Made by a program: the position numbers and the translations under genes
Assembly: GCA_963792865.1 (NCBI GenBank)
Contig: CAWBYB010000004.1
Span: forward strand, 3,826 to 67,825
Direction: 5' to 3'
Length of the DNA: 64,000 nucleotides
Source of the DNA: an uncultured beta proteobacterium
Lineage (GTDB): Bacteria; Pseudomonadota; Gammaproteobacteria; Burkholderiales; Usitatibacteraceae
Notes under the pieces: generated by a model
Databases searched by the model: none
Told to the model about the DNA's origin: nothing
What the model saw: the letters and a program-made list of their open reading frames with translations, nothing else
Shown: positions 37,911 to 49,351 of the stretch, in pieces
Position numbering within the stretch: the stretch's first letter is position 1
Layout: every line of letters begins with the position of its first letter

Positions 37911-38690
37911 ATGAGCCTGCACCAGCTCCTCGACCTCAAGGGGCGCCAGGCGCTCGTGACCGGTGGATCCCGCGGCCTGGGACTGCAGATGGCCGAGGCG
38001 CTGGGCGAGATGGGCGCGCGGGTGGCGCTCACCGCGCGCAAGCCCGACGAGCTCGCCCACGCGGTGGCGCACCTGGCCGCCCTGGGCATCGATGCCGTGC
38101 CGCTCGCCTGCGACATGTCCGACGCCGGCGCGATCCCGCCGATGGTCGAGCAGGCGGTGGCGAAGCTGGGCCCGATCGACATCCTGGTCAACAACGCCGG
38201 CACCACCTGGGGCGCCGACGTGGTCGACCATCCGCTGGAGGCGTGGAAGAAGGTGCTCGATCTCAACCTCACGGCGATGTTCGTGACGAGCCAGGAAGTA
38301 GGCCGGCGCTGCATGGTGCCGCGCCGCCAGGGCAAGGTGATCAACATCGCCTCGATCCTGGGCCTGGTGGGCGGGGGCGATGCCGGGCGTCCCGGCACCA
38401 TCGCGTACAACACGAGCAAGGGCGGCGTGGTGAGCTTCACGCGCTCGCTCGCCGCGGAGTGGGCGCGCTACAACATCAACGTGAACGCGATCGCGCCGGG
38501 GTTCTTTCCCACCAAGATGACCAAGGGGCTGGTCGAGCTGCTGGGCGACCGGCTCGCCGCGAAGGCGCCCTTGAACCGCGTGGGCGGGCCGGAGGACCTG
38601 AAGGGAATCACCGCGCTCCTCGCCTCCGACGCGTGCGCGTTCATCACCGGCCAGATCGTGGCGGTGGACGGCGGCGTGACCGCGGTCTAG
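37911..38690 (+). CDS. SDR-family oxidoreductase
   Basis: TGGSRGLG, NNAG, YNTSK, VDGG. Confidence 0.93.
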   Translation: MSLHQLLDLKGRQALVTGGSRGLGLQMAEALGEMGARVALTARKPDELAHAVAHLAALGIDAVPLACDMSDAGAIPPMVEQAVAKLGPIDILVNNAGTTWGADVVDHPLEAWKKVLDLNLTAMFVTSQEVGRRCMVPRRQGKVINIASILGLVGGGDAGRPGTIAYNTSKGGVVSFTRSLAAEWARYNINVNAIAPGFFPTKMTKGLVELLGDRLAAKAPLNRVGGPEDLKGITALLASDACAFITGQIVAVDGGVTAV

Positions 38691-38694
38691 GGCG

Positions 38695-39765
38695 ATGGGC
38701 GATTTCGAGGCGTACATCGGCACGCGGCCGGTTGCGCAGGCGCATCGCTTCGACGTGGCCGCCCTCGAGCGCTACCTGCGCGAGCACGTGGCGGGCTTCG
38801 CCGGCCCGCTCTCGGTGGAGCAGTTCAAGGGCGGGCAATCCAATCCCACGTTCCGGCTGGTGGCAGGCAGCGGGACGTACGTGATGCGCCGCAAGCCGCC
38901 GGGCAAGCTGCTGCCCTCCGCCCACGCCGTCGACCGCGAGTACCGCGTGATCACGGCACTCGCGGGCAGCGGCGTCCCGGTCGCGCGCACCTATGCCCTG
39001 TGCACCGACGAATCGGTGATCGGCGCGATGTTCTACATCATGGATTGCGTCGAAGGGCGCGTGCTCTGGGATCCGCAGCTTCCCGGCATGTCGGGCGCCG
39101 AGCGCCGCGCGATCTTCGACGAGACCAACCGGGTGATCGCCGCCCTGCATCGCGTGGACTACGCGGCGATCGGGCTGGCGGATTACGGCAAGCCCGGCAA
39201 CTACTTCCAGCGCCAGATCGACCGCTGGAGCCGCCAGTACAAGGCCTCGGAGACGGAGAAGATCGAGGCGATGGACCGCCTGATCGAGTGGCTGCCGGGC
39301 AACATCCCGGCGGGCGACGCGACCACCATCGTCCACGGCGACTACCGCATCGACAACATGGTGTTCCACCCGACCGCGCCGCGCGTGCTCGCCGTGCTCG
39401 ACTGGGAGCTCTCCACCCTCGGGCATCCGATGGCGGACTTCTCCTACCACATGATGGCCTGGCGCCTGTCGTCGACGGAATTCCGCGGGCTGCGCGGCTG
39501 CGACCTCGCGGCCATGGGCATCCCGCCGGAGGAGGAATACCTCGCGCGCTACCTCGAGCGCACCGGCACCGCGCGGCCGAGCGCCAAGGACTGGAACTTC
39601 TGCATGGCGTACAACATGTTCCGCGCCGCCGCCATCTTCCAGGGCGTGATGGCGCGCGCGGTCGCCGGCAATGCCGCGAGCGCCCAGGCGGTGGAGACCG
39701 GCAAGCGCGCCCGCCCGATGGCGGAACTGGGCTGGAAACAGGTGGAGCAACTCGACCAGGCATGA
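38695..39765 (+). CDS. Phosphotransferase (APH / ACAD10-11 N-terminal-like)
   Basis: [33 protein letters not shown]. Confidence 0.92.
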   Translation: MGDFEAYIGTRPVAQAHRFDVAALERYLREHVAGFAGPLSVEQFKGGQSNPTFRLVAGSGTYVMRRKPPGKLLPSAHAVDREYRVITALAGSGVPVARTYALCTDESVIGAMFYIMDCVEGRVLWDPQLPGMSGAERRAIFDETNRVIAALHRVDYAAIGLADYGKPGNYFQRQIDRWSRQYKASETEKIEAMDRLIEWLPGNIPAGDATTIVHGDYRIDNMVFHPTAPRVLAVLDWELSTLGHPMADFSYHMMAWRLSSTEFRGLRGCDLAAMGIPPEEEYLARYLERTGTARPSAKDWNFCMAYNMFRAAAIFQGVMARAVAGNAASAQAVETGKRARPMAELGWKQVEQLDQA

Positions 39766-39778
39766 CGAGAGGAACGAA

Positions 39779-40985
39779 ATGGATTTCGACTATTCCCCGA
39801 AGGTAAAGGAACTCCAGCAGCGCCTCGCTGCCTTCATGGAGGCGCACGTGTATCCCAACGAGCAGCGCTTCTTCGACGAGGTGGACGCGGGCGATCGCTG
39901 GCAGCCCACGCGCCTGGTGGAGGAGCTCAAGGCGCGCGCCAAGTCCGCCGGCCTCTGGAACCTCTTCCTGCCGGAATCCGGGCGCGGCGCGGGCCTCACC
40001 AACCTCGAGTACGCGCCGCTGTGCGAGATCATGGGCCGCGTGCACTGGGCGCCGGAGGTGTTCAACTGCTCCGCGCCCGACACCGGCAACATGGAAGTGC
40101 TCGAGCGCTACGGCACGCCCGAGCAGAAGCAGCGCTGGCTCGAGCCGCTGCTCGCGGGCGAGATCCGCTCCGGGTTCGCGATGACCGAGCCCGCGGTGGC
40201 CTCCTCCGACGCGACCAACATCCAGAGCTCGATCGTGCGCGACGGCGACGACTACGTGATCAACGGCCGCAAGTGGTGGACCTCGGGCGCGGGCGATCCG
40301 CGCTGCAAGGTCTTCATCTTCATGGGCAAGACCGAGCCCGGGCGCCGACAAGCATCACCAGCAGTCGATGATCCTGGTGCCGCGGGATGCTCCCGGCGTG
40401 AAGCTCGTGCGCCACCTCCCGGTCTTCGGCTACGACGACGCGCCCCACGGCCACATGGAAGTCGACTTCGAGGACGTGCGCGTGCCGGCGGCGAACCTGC
40501 TGCTGGGCGAGGGACGCGGCTTCGAGATCGCGCAGGGCCGCCTCGGGCCGGGGCGCATCCACCACTGCATGCGCCTCATCGGGGTGGCCGAGCGCGCCCT
40601 CGAGAAGATGTGCCGGCGCGTGAAGTCGCGCGTCGCCTTCGGCCGCCCGATCGCCGAGCAGAGCGTGACCCTCGAGCGCATCGCGGATGCGCGCATCATG
40701 ATCGACCAGGCGCGGCTGCTCACCCTGAAGGCCGCGTGGATGATGGACACCGCCGGCAACAAGGTGGCGCGCGCCGAGATCGCGATGATCAAGGTCGCCG
40801 CGCCCGTGATGGCCTGCCAGGTGCTCGACTGGGCGATCCAGGCCCACGGCGGCGCGGGCGTGTGCGAGGACTTCGGCCTCGCGCGTGCCTATGCGAACGC
40901 GCGCACGCTGCGCCTGGCCGATGGCCCCGACGAGGTGCACCGCAACCAGATCGGGCGCATCGAGCTCGCGAAGCATGCCGCCTAG
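39779..40985 (+). CDS. Acyl-CoA dehydrogenase (ACAD10/11-type), one frameshift
   Basis: [21 protein letters not shown], then [13 protein letters not shown] and DGPDEVH after an extra C at ~40338. Confidence 0.9.
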
Positions 40986-41021
40986 GCCCGCGTCCCGGGC
41001 GAGCGCGCGGGCCATCGCGCC

Positions 41022-42596
41022 ATGAAGATCGAGGATCGGCTCACCCGTCCCTTCGGCGACTTCGCCGAGCTGATCCGCGACCACGCCGCCGCGCGCCCGC
41101 GCCATCCGGCGATCATCCACGGCGAGCGCACGATCGACTACCGCGAGCTCGACGCGCTGGTCGATCGCGTGGCGGCCACGCTCGAGCGCGCGGGAGTGGC
41201 CCCGCGCCAGTCGGTCGCGATCTGCGCGGCGAGCTCGATCGAGTACCTCGCGGTCTTCCTTGGCGCGCTGCGCGCGGGCGTGGCGGCCGCACCCATCGCG
41301 CCATCGCTCACCCCCGAGAGCATCGCCGCGATGTCGATCGACGCCGGTGCGTGCCTGCTCTTCGTCGACCGCACCGTCGCCGACGCGCTCGGCTCGCGCG
41401 TGACGGCGCCCCGCGTGCGTCTCGACGGGGGGCCCGCGCTCGACGGCTGGCTCGCGCCATTCGATCCGCGGCCGGGCGCGGTGCGCATCGCGCCGGACTG
41501 GCCGTTCAACATCATCTATTCCTCGGGCACGACGGGCGAGCCGAAGGGAATCGTGCAGCCGCACGGCATGCGCTGGCTGCACGTGCAGCGCGGCCCGTCG
41601 TACGGCTACGATGCCGACGCGGTGACGCTCGTCTCCACGCCGCTGCACTCGAACACCACGCTCGTGGCGCTGTTCCCGACGCTGGCGCTGGGCGCAACGA
41701 CGGTGCTGATGGACAAGTTCGACGCAGCGGGATTCCTCGCGCTCGCCCAGAAGCACCGCGTGAGCCATGCAATGCTCGTGCCGGTGCAATACCGGCGCAT
41801 CATGGCCCTTGCCGATTTCGCCCGCTACGATCTCGCGTCCTTCCGCATGAAGTTCTCCACCAGCGCCCCGTTCGAGGCAGGGCTCAAGGCCGACGTGCTC
41901 GCGCGCTGGCCCGGCGGGCTCATCGAGTACTACGGCATGACCGAGGGCGGAGGCACCTGCGTGCTCGCCGCGCACCTGCATCCCGACAAGCTGCACACCG
42001 TGGGACAGCCGGCGCCGGGCCACGACATCCGCGTGATCGACGACGCGGGGCGCGAGCTGCCGCGCGGGGAGGCGGGCGAAATCGTCGGCCACTCCGGCGC
42101 GATGATGACCGGTTACCACAACCGGCCCGAGCGCACCGCCGAGGCGGAGTGGTTCGACAAGGCGGGCCGGCGCTACATCCGCACCGGCGACGTCGGCCGC
42201 TTCGACGATGACGGCTTCCTCGAGCTGCTCGACCGCAAGAAGGACCTCGTGATCTCCGGCGGCTTCAACGTCTATCCGGGCGACCTCGAAGCGGTGGCGC
42301 GCGCGCATCCGGCGGTCGCCGAGGTGGCGGTGGCGGGCGTGCCCTCGGCGCGCTGGGGCGAGACTCCGGTGGCGTTCGTGGTGCCCCGCGAGGGCTCGCA
42401 TGCCGACGCCGGGGAGATCCTCGCGTGGTGCAACGAGCGCCTGGGCAAGGTACAGCGGCTGGCGGCGGTCGAGCTGGTCGAAGGCCTGCCGCGCAGCCCG
42501 ATCGGCAAGGTGCTCAAGCGCGTGCTGCGCGACGATTTCGTACGCCGCCACCCGCGGGGCGCCGACATCGGCGCGCCCGGCGAGTCCCGGCGATGA
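41022..42596 (+). CDS. Class I adenylate-forming enzyme (acyl-CoA ligase)
   Basis: [35 protein letters not shown]. Confidence 0.9.
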   Translation: MKIEDRLTRPFGDFAELIRDHAAARPRHPAIIHGERTIDYRELDALVDRVAATLERAGVAPRQSVAICAASSIEYLAVFLGALRAGVAAAPIAPSLTPESIAAMSIDAGACLLFVDRTVADALGSRVTAPRVRLDGGPALDGWLAPFDPRPGAVRIAPDWPFNIIYSSGTTGEPKGIVQPHGMRWLHVQRGPSYGYDADAVTLVSTPLHSNTTLVALFPTLALGATTVLMDKFDAAGFLALAQKHRVSHAMLVPVQYRRIMALADFARYDLASFRMKFSTSAPFEAGLKADVLARWPGGLIEYYGMTEGGGTCVLAAHLHPDKLHTVGQPAPGHDIRVIDDAGRELPRGEAGEIVGHSGAMMTGYHNRPERTAEAEWFDKAGRRYIRTGDVGRFDDDGFLELLDRKKDLVISGGFNVYPGDLEAVARAHPAVAEVAVAGVPSARWGETPVAFVVPREGSHADAGEILAWCNERLGKVQRLAAVELVEGLPRSPIGKVLKRVLRDDFVRRHPRGADIGAPGESRR

Positions 42597-44033
42597 GACG
42601 CCTGCTCGTGATCAGCGCGACCGCATGCCTCGCCGGCGCGTGCGCGAGCCCGGGCGGCATCGACACCACCGCGTCGGTGGCCGACCCGGCGGCGCTGCAG
42701 GCCGCCCGGTCCCTGGCCGGCGCGCCCGCCTCGGGGCCGCCCGTGGCGGCCGACTGGTGGAAGCGCTACGGCGATGCGCAGCTCGACGCGCTCATGGCCG
42801 AAGCGCTCGCCGGCAATCCTTCGCTCGGCATCGTGCGCGCGCGGGTCGGGCAGGCGCAGGCGCTCGCCGACAACGCGCACCTCGCCCTCACATCCACGTA
42901 CGTCGGGTCCGTCGAATCGAGCCGGCAGCGCCTGTCCGAGAACGGCCTGGTACCGCCGCCCTACGGAGGCGCGTGGATCTGGCAGAACCAGGCGATGCTC
43001 GACTACCGGCACGCATTCGATTTCTGGGGCCGCAATCGCCACGCGTACGAGGCCGCGCTGGGGCAGGTGAAAGCCGCCGAGGTGGATGCGCAAGCGGCGC
43101 GGACCCTGCTCGAAGCCGGCGTCGCGCGCGCCTACCTCCGCCTTGCCGCCGCGTTCGAGCAGCGCGACATCGGCAAGGCCACGCTCGCGCAGCGCGAGCA
43201 GATCCTCGCGCTCGCTCGCGCCCGCTACGATGCGGGCCTCGATTCCCGCGTCGGGGTGCGCGAGGCCGAAGGCGCGGTGCCGCAGGCGCGCGCCGAGATC
43301 CTCGCCGACGAGCAGGCGATCACGCTCGCGCGCAACCAGCTCGCCGCCCTCGTGGGGCAAGGGCCGGACCGCGGCCTCGCGCTGCGCCGGCCGGTCCTGC
43401 GCGACGCGGGCGTGGCGCTGCCCTCGACGCTTCCCGCCGACCTCGTGGGCCGCCGGCCCGACGTGGTGGCGCAGCGCCTGAGGATCGAGGCGTCGGCGCA
43501 GGGCATCGAGAGCGCGCACGCCGCGTTCTACCCCAACATCGACCTCACGGCCTTCGCGGGACTGCAGGCGCTCGACTTCGCCACCTTCCTGCGGACCGGC
43601 AGCCTCACGGTGGGGGCGGGTCCCGCGATCCATCTGCCGATCTTCGAGCGCGCCAAGCTGCGCGCCGACCTCGCGGCGCGAGCCGCCCAATGGGACCTCG
43701 ACGTGGCGCAATACAACCAGACGATCGTCGACGCCCTGCGCGAGGTGGTCGACGAGTACGCCACGCTGCGCGCGCTCGAGGCGCGCGAGCGGCAGGTCGC
43801 CGCCGCCCTGCGCTCGGCCAATCAGGCTCGCGCGCTGTCGAGCGCGCGCTATCGCGCGGGCGTGCGGCGACCGGCTCGAGGTGCTCTCCGCCGAGGGCCG
43901 GGCGCTCTCCCTGCGGGCGCTGCGGGCCGACCTGCGCGCGCTCCTGCGCGACACCGAGGTGGCGCTCATCCGCGCGCTCGGCGGCGGCTACGATCCGTCC
44001 ACCTCCCCGGCGCCCTCGGGCGCCCCACGCTGA
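42593..44033 (+). CDS. Efflux outer-membrane factor lipoprotein (NodT family), one frameshift
   Basis: Lipobox LAGAC, WWKRYGD, RRPDVVA, FYPNIDL; C-terminal LIRALGGG in the shifted frame after ~43865. Confidence 0.85.
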
Positions 44034-44059
44034 ACCCATCGCTCCCGGGATCCCACGCC

Positions 44060-45274
44060 ATGGCCTCCAATCCTCCCGCCCCCGGGCACTCCGAAGACGT
44101 TGCGACGAAGGAAGGCAGGCGCACGCGCCTGCTGCTCATCGTCGCGGCGATCTTCGCGCTCGCGGGGCTCGCGTGGTTCGCCTGGTACATGGTCGTGGGC
44201 CGTTGGTACGAATTCACGGACGACGCCTATGTGAACGGCGACGTGGTGCAGATCACGCCGCAAGTCGCGGGCACCGTGGTGATGGTGGCGGCCGACGACA
44301 CCGAGCGCGTGCAAGCGGGCCAGGTGCTCGTGCGCCTGGACGCGGCCGATGCGCGCATCGCGCTCGCCCAGGCCGAGGCGAACCTCGCGCGCGCCGTGCG
44401 GCAGGTGCGCACGCTCTACTCGAACACGGGGCAGTCCAGCGCCGCAGTCGCGCAGCGCGCGAGCGACCTGCAGCGCGCGCGCGCCGACCTCGCGCGGCGC
44501 GAGCAGCTCGCCTCCATCGGCGGGGTCTCGAAGGAGGAGATCCAGCACGCCTCCGAGGCGGTGGTGGGCGCAGAGGCTGCGCTGCGCGCGGCAAAGGAGC
44601 AGCTCGCCTCGGCCAGCGCGCTCGTGGACCGCACCACGCTCGAGGATCACCCTGACGTGCAGGCGGCGGCCACCCGGGTGCACCAGGCCTACCTCGACGA
44701 CGCGCGCACGCGGATCCTCGCGCCGGTGGCGGGCGTGGTCGCGCGGCGCAGCGTGCAGCTGGGTCAGCGCGTGGCCGCCGGCACGCCCCTCATGGCGGTG
44801 GTGCCGCTCGAGGATGTCTGGGTCGACGCCAACTTCAAGGAGGGCCAGATGCGCGACCTGCGCGTGGGGCAGTCGGCGAAGATCGAATCCGACCTCTACG
44901 GCGGGCACCTGGAGTACCACGGGCGCATCGTCGGCTTCGGCGCCGGCACGGGCGCGGCGTTCGCGCTGCTCCCGGCGCAGAACGCCACCGGCAACTGGAT
45001 CAAAGTCGTCCAGCGCATCCCGGTGCGCATCGCGCTCGATCCCCGGGAGGTGCGCGCGCATCCGCTGCAGGTGGGACTGTCGATGAGCGTGGAAGTCGAC
45101 ACCCACTCGCGCGAAGGCGAGCGGCTGCCGAGCGTGGCGGCGGCCCCCGCCACGAAGCAGGAGACCCGCGTCTTCGACGCGCTGATCGCGCAGGCCGATG
45201 CGCGCGTCGCGCAGATCATCGCCCAAAACACCGGCAAGCCGGTGGCGGCGAGCGAGCATGGCGAGCATCGCTGA
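44060..45274 (+). CDS. emrA: EmrA-family membrane fusion protein
   Basis: TDDAYV, WVDANFKE, LLPAQNATGNWIKVVQRIPV. Confidence 0.92.
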   Translation: MASNPPAPGHSEDVATKEGRRTRLLLIVAAIFALAGLAWFAWYMVVGRWYEFTDDAYVNGDVVQITPQVAGTVVMVAADDTERVQAGQVLVRLDAADARIALAQAEANLARAVRQVRTLYSNTGQSSAAVAQRASDLQRARADLARREQLASIGGVSKEEIQHASEAVVGAEAALRAAKEQLASASALVDRTTLEDHPDVQAAATRVHQAYLDDARTRILAPVAGVVARRSVQLGQRVAAGTPLMAVVPLEDVWVDANFKEGQMRDLRVGQSAKIESDLYGGHLEYHGRIVGFGAGTGAAFALLPAQNATGNWIKVVQRIPVRIALDPREVRAHPLQVGLSMSVEVDTHSREGERLPSVAAAPATKQETRVFDALIAQADARVAQIIAQNTGKPVAASEHGEHR

Positions 45275-46826
45275 AGCGCCGCGCGGCGCGGCGGCGTCCC
45301 GCGCGGAGGGACCGTACTACACGGGCGCGATGCGCGTCGTGCTCACGCTGATCCTCGCGCTGGCGAACCTGATGGAGGTCCTCGACATCACGATCGCCAA
45401 CGTGTCCATCCCGACCATCACCGGCGAGATGGGTGCGGCGCCGAGCCAGGGCGCGTGGATCATCACCTCATACGCGGTGGCCAATGCGATCACGGTCCCC
45501 ATCACCGGCTGGCTCGCCGAGCGCATCGGGCAGGTGCGACTCTTCGTGACCGCGATCGTGCTCTTCACCGCGTCGTCCTTCCTGTGCGCGATGGCGGTGA
45601 GCCTGCCGATGCTCATCACCTTTCGCGTGGTCCAGGGCGCGGTGGCGGGATTCATGATCCCGCTCTCCCAGTCGCTCATGATGATGAACTACCCGCCCAG
45701 CAAGCGCTCGATGGCGCTGGCGATCTGGGCGATGACGGTCACCGTCGGCCCCATCATCGGCCCGATCCTCGGCGGATGGATCACGAGCAACTACCACTGG
45801 TCGTGGATCTTCCTCATCAACATCCCGGTGGGACTGTTCGCCGCGTTCGGCACCTGGCAGCTGCTCTCCGACCACGAGACGCCCACGCACCGCGTGCCGA
45901 TCGATTACGTTGGCATCGTGCTGCTCGTGACGTGGGTAGGTTCGCTGCAGATCATGTTCGACAAGGGCAACGAGCTCGACTGGTTCGCCTCGCGCTTCAT
46001 CGTGGGCCTCGCGGTCACGGCCGTGATCGGCTTCACCTTCTTCCTGGTGTGGGAGCTGAACAACGACCATCCCATCGTCGATCTCACGCTGCTCGCCAAC
46101 CGCAACTTCACCCTCGGGGTGCTCACGCTCTCCCTCGGCTTCGCGCTCTTCTTCGGGATGACGCTGCTGCTGCCGCTGTGGCTGCAGACGCAGCTGGGGT
46201 ACACGTCGGAATGGGCCGGCTTCGTGCTCGCCCCCGGCGGGATCTTCGCCGTGCTGCTCTCGCCGGTGGTCGGCAAGACGCTGCCGAAGGCCGGCCCGCG
46301 ACTGTACGCGAGCATCGGCATCGCCACCATGGGGCTGCTCGCCTTCATGCGCGCGCAATTCAACACCGAGAGCGACTACTGGACCATCGCCACCCCGCAG
46401 ATCCTGCAGGGCATCGGGATCGCCTTCTTCTTCGCCCCGCTCATCAGCATCTCGCTCGGCGGCGTTCCCAACGCGAAGATCGCGCGCGCGGCCGGACTGC
46501 AGAACTTCATGCGCATGATGGCGGGCAGCTTCGGGGCGTCGCTCATCATCGCGGCCTGGGACCACCGCCAGGCGCTGCACCACACGCGCCTCGCGGAGCA
46601 CCTGGGCCTCGGCGATCCCCAGGTCGCGGGTTTCCTCGGCAAGGCGGCGGCCGCCGGATTCGGCGGCGCGCAGCCCCACGGCCTGCTCGAGGGCCTGCTC
46701 GAGAACCAGGCCTACATGCTCGCCACCAACGACATCTTCTGGCTCTGCGGGATCCTGTTCATGATCCTGGTGCCGCTCATCTGGACCACGCGGCCGCCCT
46801 TCGGGCAGGCCGGGGCGGCCCACTAG
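45258..46826 (+). CDS. emrB: DHA2-family MFS efflux permease
   Basis: LDITIANVSIP, WIITSYAVANAI, WIFLINIPVG, DKGNELDWF. Confidence 0.92.
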   Translation: MASIAEAPRGAAASRAEGPYYTGAMRVVLTLILALANLMEVLDITIANVSIPTITGEMGAAPSQGAWIITSYAVANAITVPITGWLAERIGQVRLFVTAIVLFTASSFLCAMAVSLPMLITFRVVQGAVAGFMIPLSQSLMMMNYPPSKRSMALAIWAMTVTVGPIIGPILGGWITSNYHWSWIFLINIPVGLFAAFGTWQLLSDHETPTHRVPIDYVGIVLLVTWVGSLQIMFDKGNELDWFASRFIVGLAVTAVIGFTFFLVWELNNDHPIVDLTLLANRNFTLGVLTLSLGFALFFGMTLLLPLWLQTQLGYTSEWAGFVLAPGGIFAVLLSPVVGKTLPKAGPRLYASIGIATMGLLAFMRAQFNTESDYWTIATPQILQGIGIAFFFAPLISISLGGVPNAKIARAAGLQNFMRMMAGSFGASLIIAAWDHRQALHHTRLAEHLGLGDPQVAGFLGKAAAAGFGGAQPHGLLEGLLENQAYMLATNDIFWLCGILFMILVPLIWTTRPPFGQAGAAH

Positions 46827-47410
46827 GCGGCGGACAGGCGTTCGAGGCGCGCCCTGGTGCGCGGCCACTCCGACCGGATGATCGAGAAGTAGACCGTGTC
46901 GCGCATGCGATCCTGCCACGGGATCACCATGTGGCTGCGGAAGGTGCCCTCCTCCACCGCGCCGATGCGCGCGATCGCCGCGCGCGACTTCGCGTTGAGC
47001 GCGTCGGTCTTGAGCTCCACGCGGTTCGCCCCGAGCGTGTCGAAAGCGTGGGTCAGCAGCAGCAGCTTCGCCTCGGTGTTCGCGCCCGTGCGCTGATGCG
47101 AAGCCGTGAGCCACGTCCAGCCGATCTCGAGGCGGCGGTGCACGGGCTCGATGTTGGCGTAGCGCGTGCTGCCGATCACCTCGCCCGAGGCCTGGGCGAC
47201 GATTACGAACGGCATCGATGCGCCGCGCGCGCGCTCCTCGAGCGCCGTTTCCACATAGGCGTGCATGTCGCGCGCATCCCGCACGGGCGACGGGATCCAC
47301 CGCCACAGCTCGGGATCCAGGCCGACGCGGGCCAGGGCGTCCACATGGTCGATGGCCATCGGCTCCAGGCGCACCACGCGGCCCCGCAGCGTGACCGGCT
47401 CCACCTTCAT
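46823..47410 (-). CDS. GNAT-family N-acetyltransferase (RimJ/RimL-like)
   Basis: LEIGWTW, NTEAKLLLL, RVELKTD, RDTVYFSI. Confidence 0.88.
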   Translation of the reverse strand: MKVEPVTLRGRVVRLEPMAIDHVDALARVGLDPELWRWIPSPVRDARDMHAYVETALEERARGASMPFVIVAQASGEVIGSTRYANIEPVHRRLEIGWTWLTASHQRTGANTEAKLLLLTHAFDTLGANRVELKTDALNAKSRAAIARIGAVEEGTFRSHMVIPWQDRMRDTVYFSIIRSEWPRTRARLERLSAA

Positions 47411-47687
47411 CTCGGCACGCGCTTGCATCTGGCCCGGGCTCGTTCCTTCGGATCGGCGAACCGGGAAATATACCTTGTCGGGGGGGCGAAAAAACCCCAC
47501 GAAAACAATGGGAATTCCGCCGGCGTGCAGGTATAATGCCGTCTCAGGTGCGCAAGGCGTTTCATCCGGTTAGCGCCGCCACCCATTCGCGGTTCAGTTC
47601 CGATCCCCGAATTCCCAAAGCAATTTTCGTCTGCCTGAACCGGTTTCGAAGGCGAGTCCTTCGCGGGCCGATCATCAGGAGACCGAC

Positions 47688-49249
47688 ATCAGTACGTCCT
47701 TCGAAAGCCTTGGGCTGCTGCCCGAGCTGCTTCGCGCCGTCGCGGAGCAAGGCTACACAGAGACCACCCCCATCCAGGCGCAAGCCATCCCCGTGATCCT
47801 CGCCGGCCGAGACCTCCTCGGCGCCGCGCAGACTGGCACCGGCAAGACCGCCGGGTTCGCGCTCCCCCTGCTGCAGCGCCTGGCTCCCCTCGCGACCAAG
47901 AGCTTCTCGCCGGCGCTGCACCCGGTGCGCTGCCTGATCCTCACGCCCACGCGCGAGCTCGCAATCCAGGTGCACGAGAGCGTGCAGACCTATGGCAAGT
48001 ACGTCCCCCTGCGCTCCTTCTGCGTGTATGGAGGCGTGAACATCAACCCGCAGATCGACGCCCTCAAGAAAGGCGTGGAGATCCTGGTCGCCACGCCGGG
48101 TCGGCTCCTCGACCTGGTCGGGCAGAAGGCGGTCAACCTGGGCAAGGTGCAGATCCTGGTCCTGGACGAGGCCGACCGCATGCTCGACATGGGCTTCATC
48201 CCCGACATCAAGCGCATCATCGCGCTGCTGCCGAAGCCGCCGATGCGCCAGACGCTGCTCTTCTCGGCCACCTTCCCCGAGGAGATCCGGAAATTCTCCG
48301 CGCAGTTCCTCTCGGATCCGGCGACCGTGGAAGTCGCGCGGCGCAATACGCCGGCCGAGCTCGTGACGCAGTACGTCTACAACATCGACGCCAACCGCAA
48401 GCGCGAGCTGCTCTCGCACCTCGTGCGCAAGCACGACTGGGCGCAGGTGCTCGTCTTCTGCAAGACCAAGCACGGGGCGAACCGCCTCGCCTCGCAGCTG
48501 CAGCGCGACCGCATCAACGCCGACGCGATCCACGGCAACAAGAGCCAGAACGCGCGCATCCGCGCCCTCGAGGACTTCAAGGCCGGCAAGGTGAAGGTGC
48601 TCGTTGCCACCGACATCGCCGCGCGCGGCCTGGACATCGAGGAGCTTCCCCACGTCGTGAACTTCGACCTGCCCCACGTGCCCGAGGACTACGTGCACCG
48701 CATCGGACGCACGGGCCGCGCGGGCGCCACGGGCGAGGCGCTCTCGCTCGTCGCGGGCGAGGACCGGCAGCTGCTCGCCGCGATCGAGCGGCTCATCAAC
48801 CGCAAGATCGAGGTGCGCCTGGCCGAGGGCTTCGACCCCGGGCGGCGTCCCGAATCCAACGAGGAAGCGCGTCGCGCCCCGCCGCGCGGGCGCCCCGAAG
48901 GCAAGGGCCGCGGGGAAGGCCAGCAAGCGCGCCGCGAAGCAAGGGGAGCGGGGAAGGCCAGCAAGCGCGCCGCGAAGGCAAGGCAGGCGCCTCCGAGGGT
49001 CGCGGCCAGTCGCGTCCCGAGGGCCGTCCGCCGCGCGGGCGCGGCGAAGGCCGGCGCGAGGACCGCGCCCCACGCGATGCCACGTCGCCCGCGCCGCGCA
49101 CTTCCGGCAATTCCGGCGGCATGGACTTCAACAAGCCCTACGAGCCCTCGCCGACGGCCGCCGCGGCAGACCAGTCCGACCAGGCCACGGCACGCAGGAA
49201 GGCTCCGGCCGCCGTGCCGGCGCTCTTCCGCCGCAAGGCCGCGGCGTAG
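47688..49249 (+). CDS. rhlE: DEAD-box RNA helicase; probable ATC start, one frameshift in the C-terminal tail
   Basis: Q motif (FESLGL...GYTETTPIQ) upstream of the GTG at 47793, [28 protein letters not shown]; tail MDFNKPYEP...KAAA* in the shifted frame. Confidence 0.88.
48897..48982 (+). repeat. ~39-bp tandem repeat in the rhlE low-complexity tail ([13 protein letters not shown])
   Basis: GGGGAAGGCCAGCAAGCGCGCCGCGAAG occurs twice; the second unit lacks one G near 48939. Confidence 0.7.
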
Positions 49250-49351
49250 CCGCTCGCGGGCTGTCCCGCGGGCGCCCCCGGGCCCGCTGGGGTAAGATTC
49301 CGGCACCATCATCCCGAGACCCGCGCCAAAAGTGCGGGTCTCTTGCTTCCG

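Noticed and set aside
42425-45274. Apparent outer-membrane factor-EmrA fusion (949-aa ORF)
   Set aside because: Frameshift near 43865; the normal LIRALGGG end and a stop at 44033 are present in the shifted frame.
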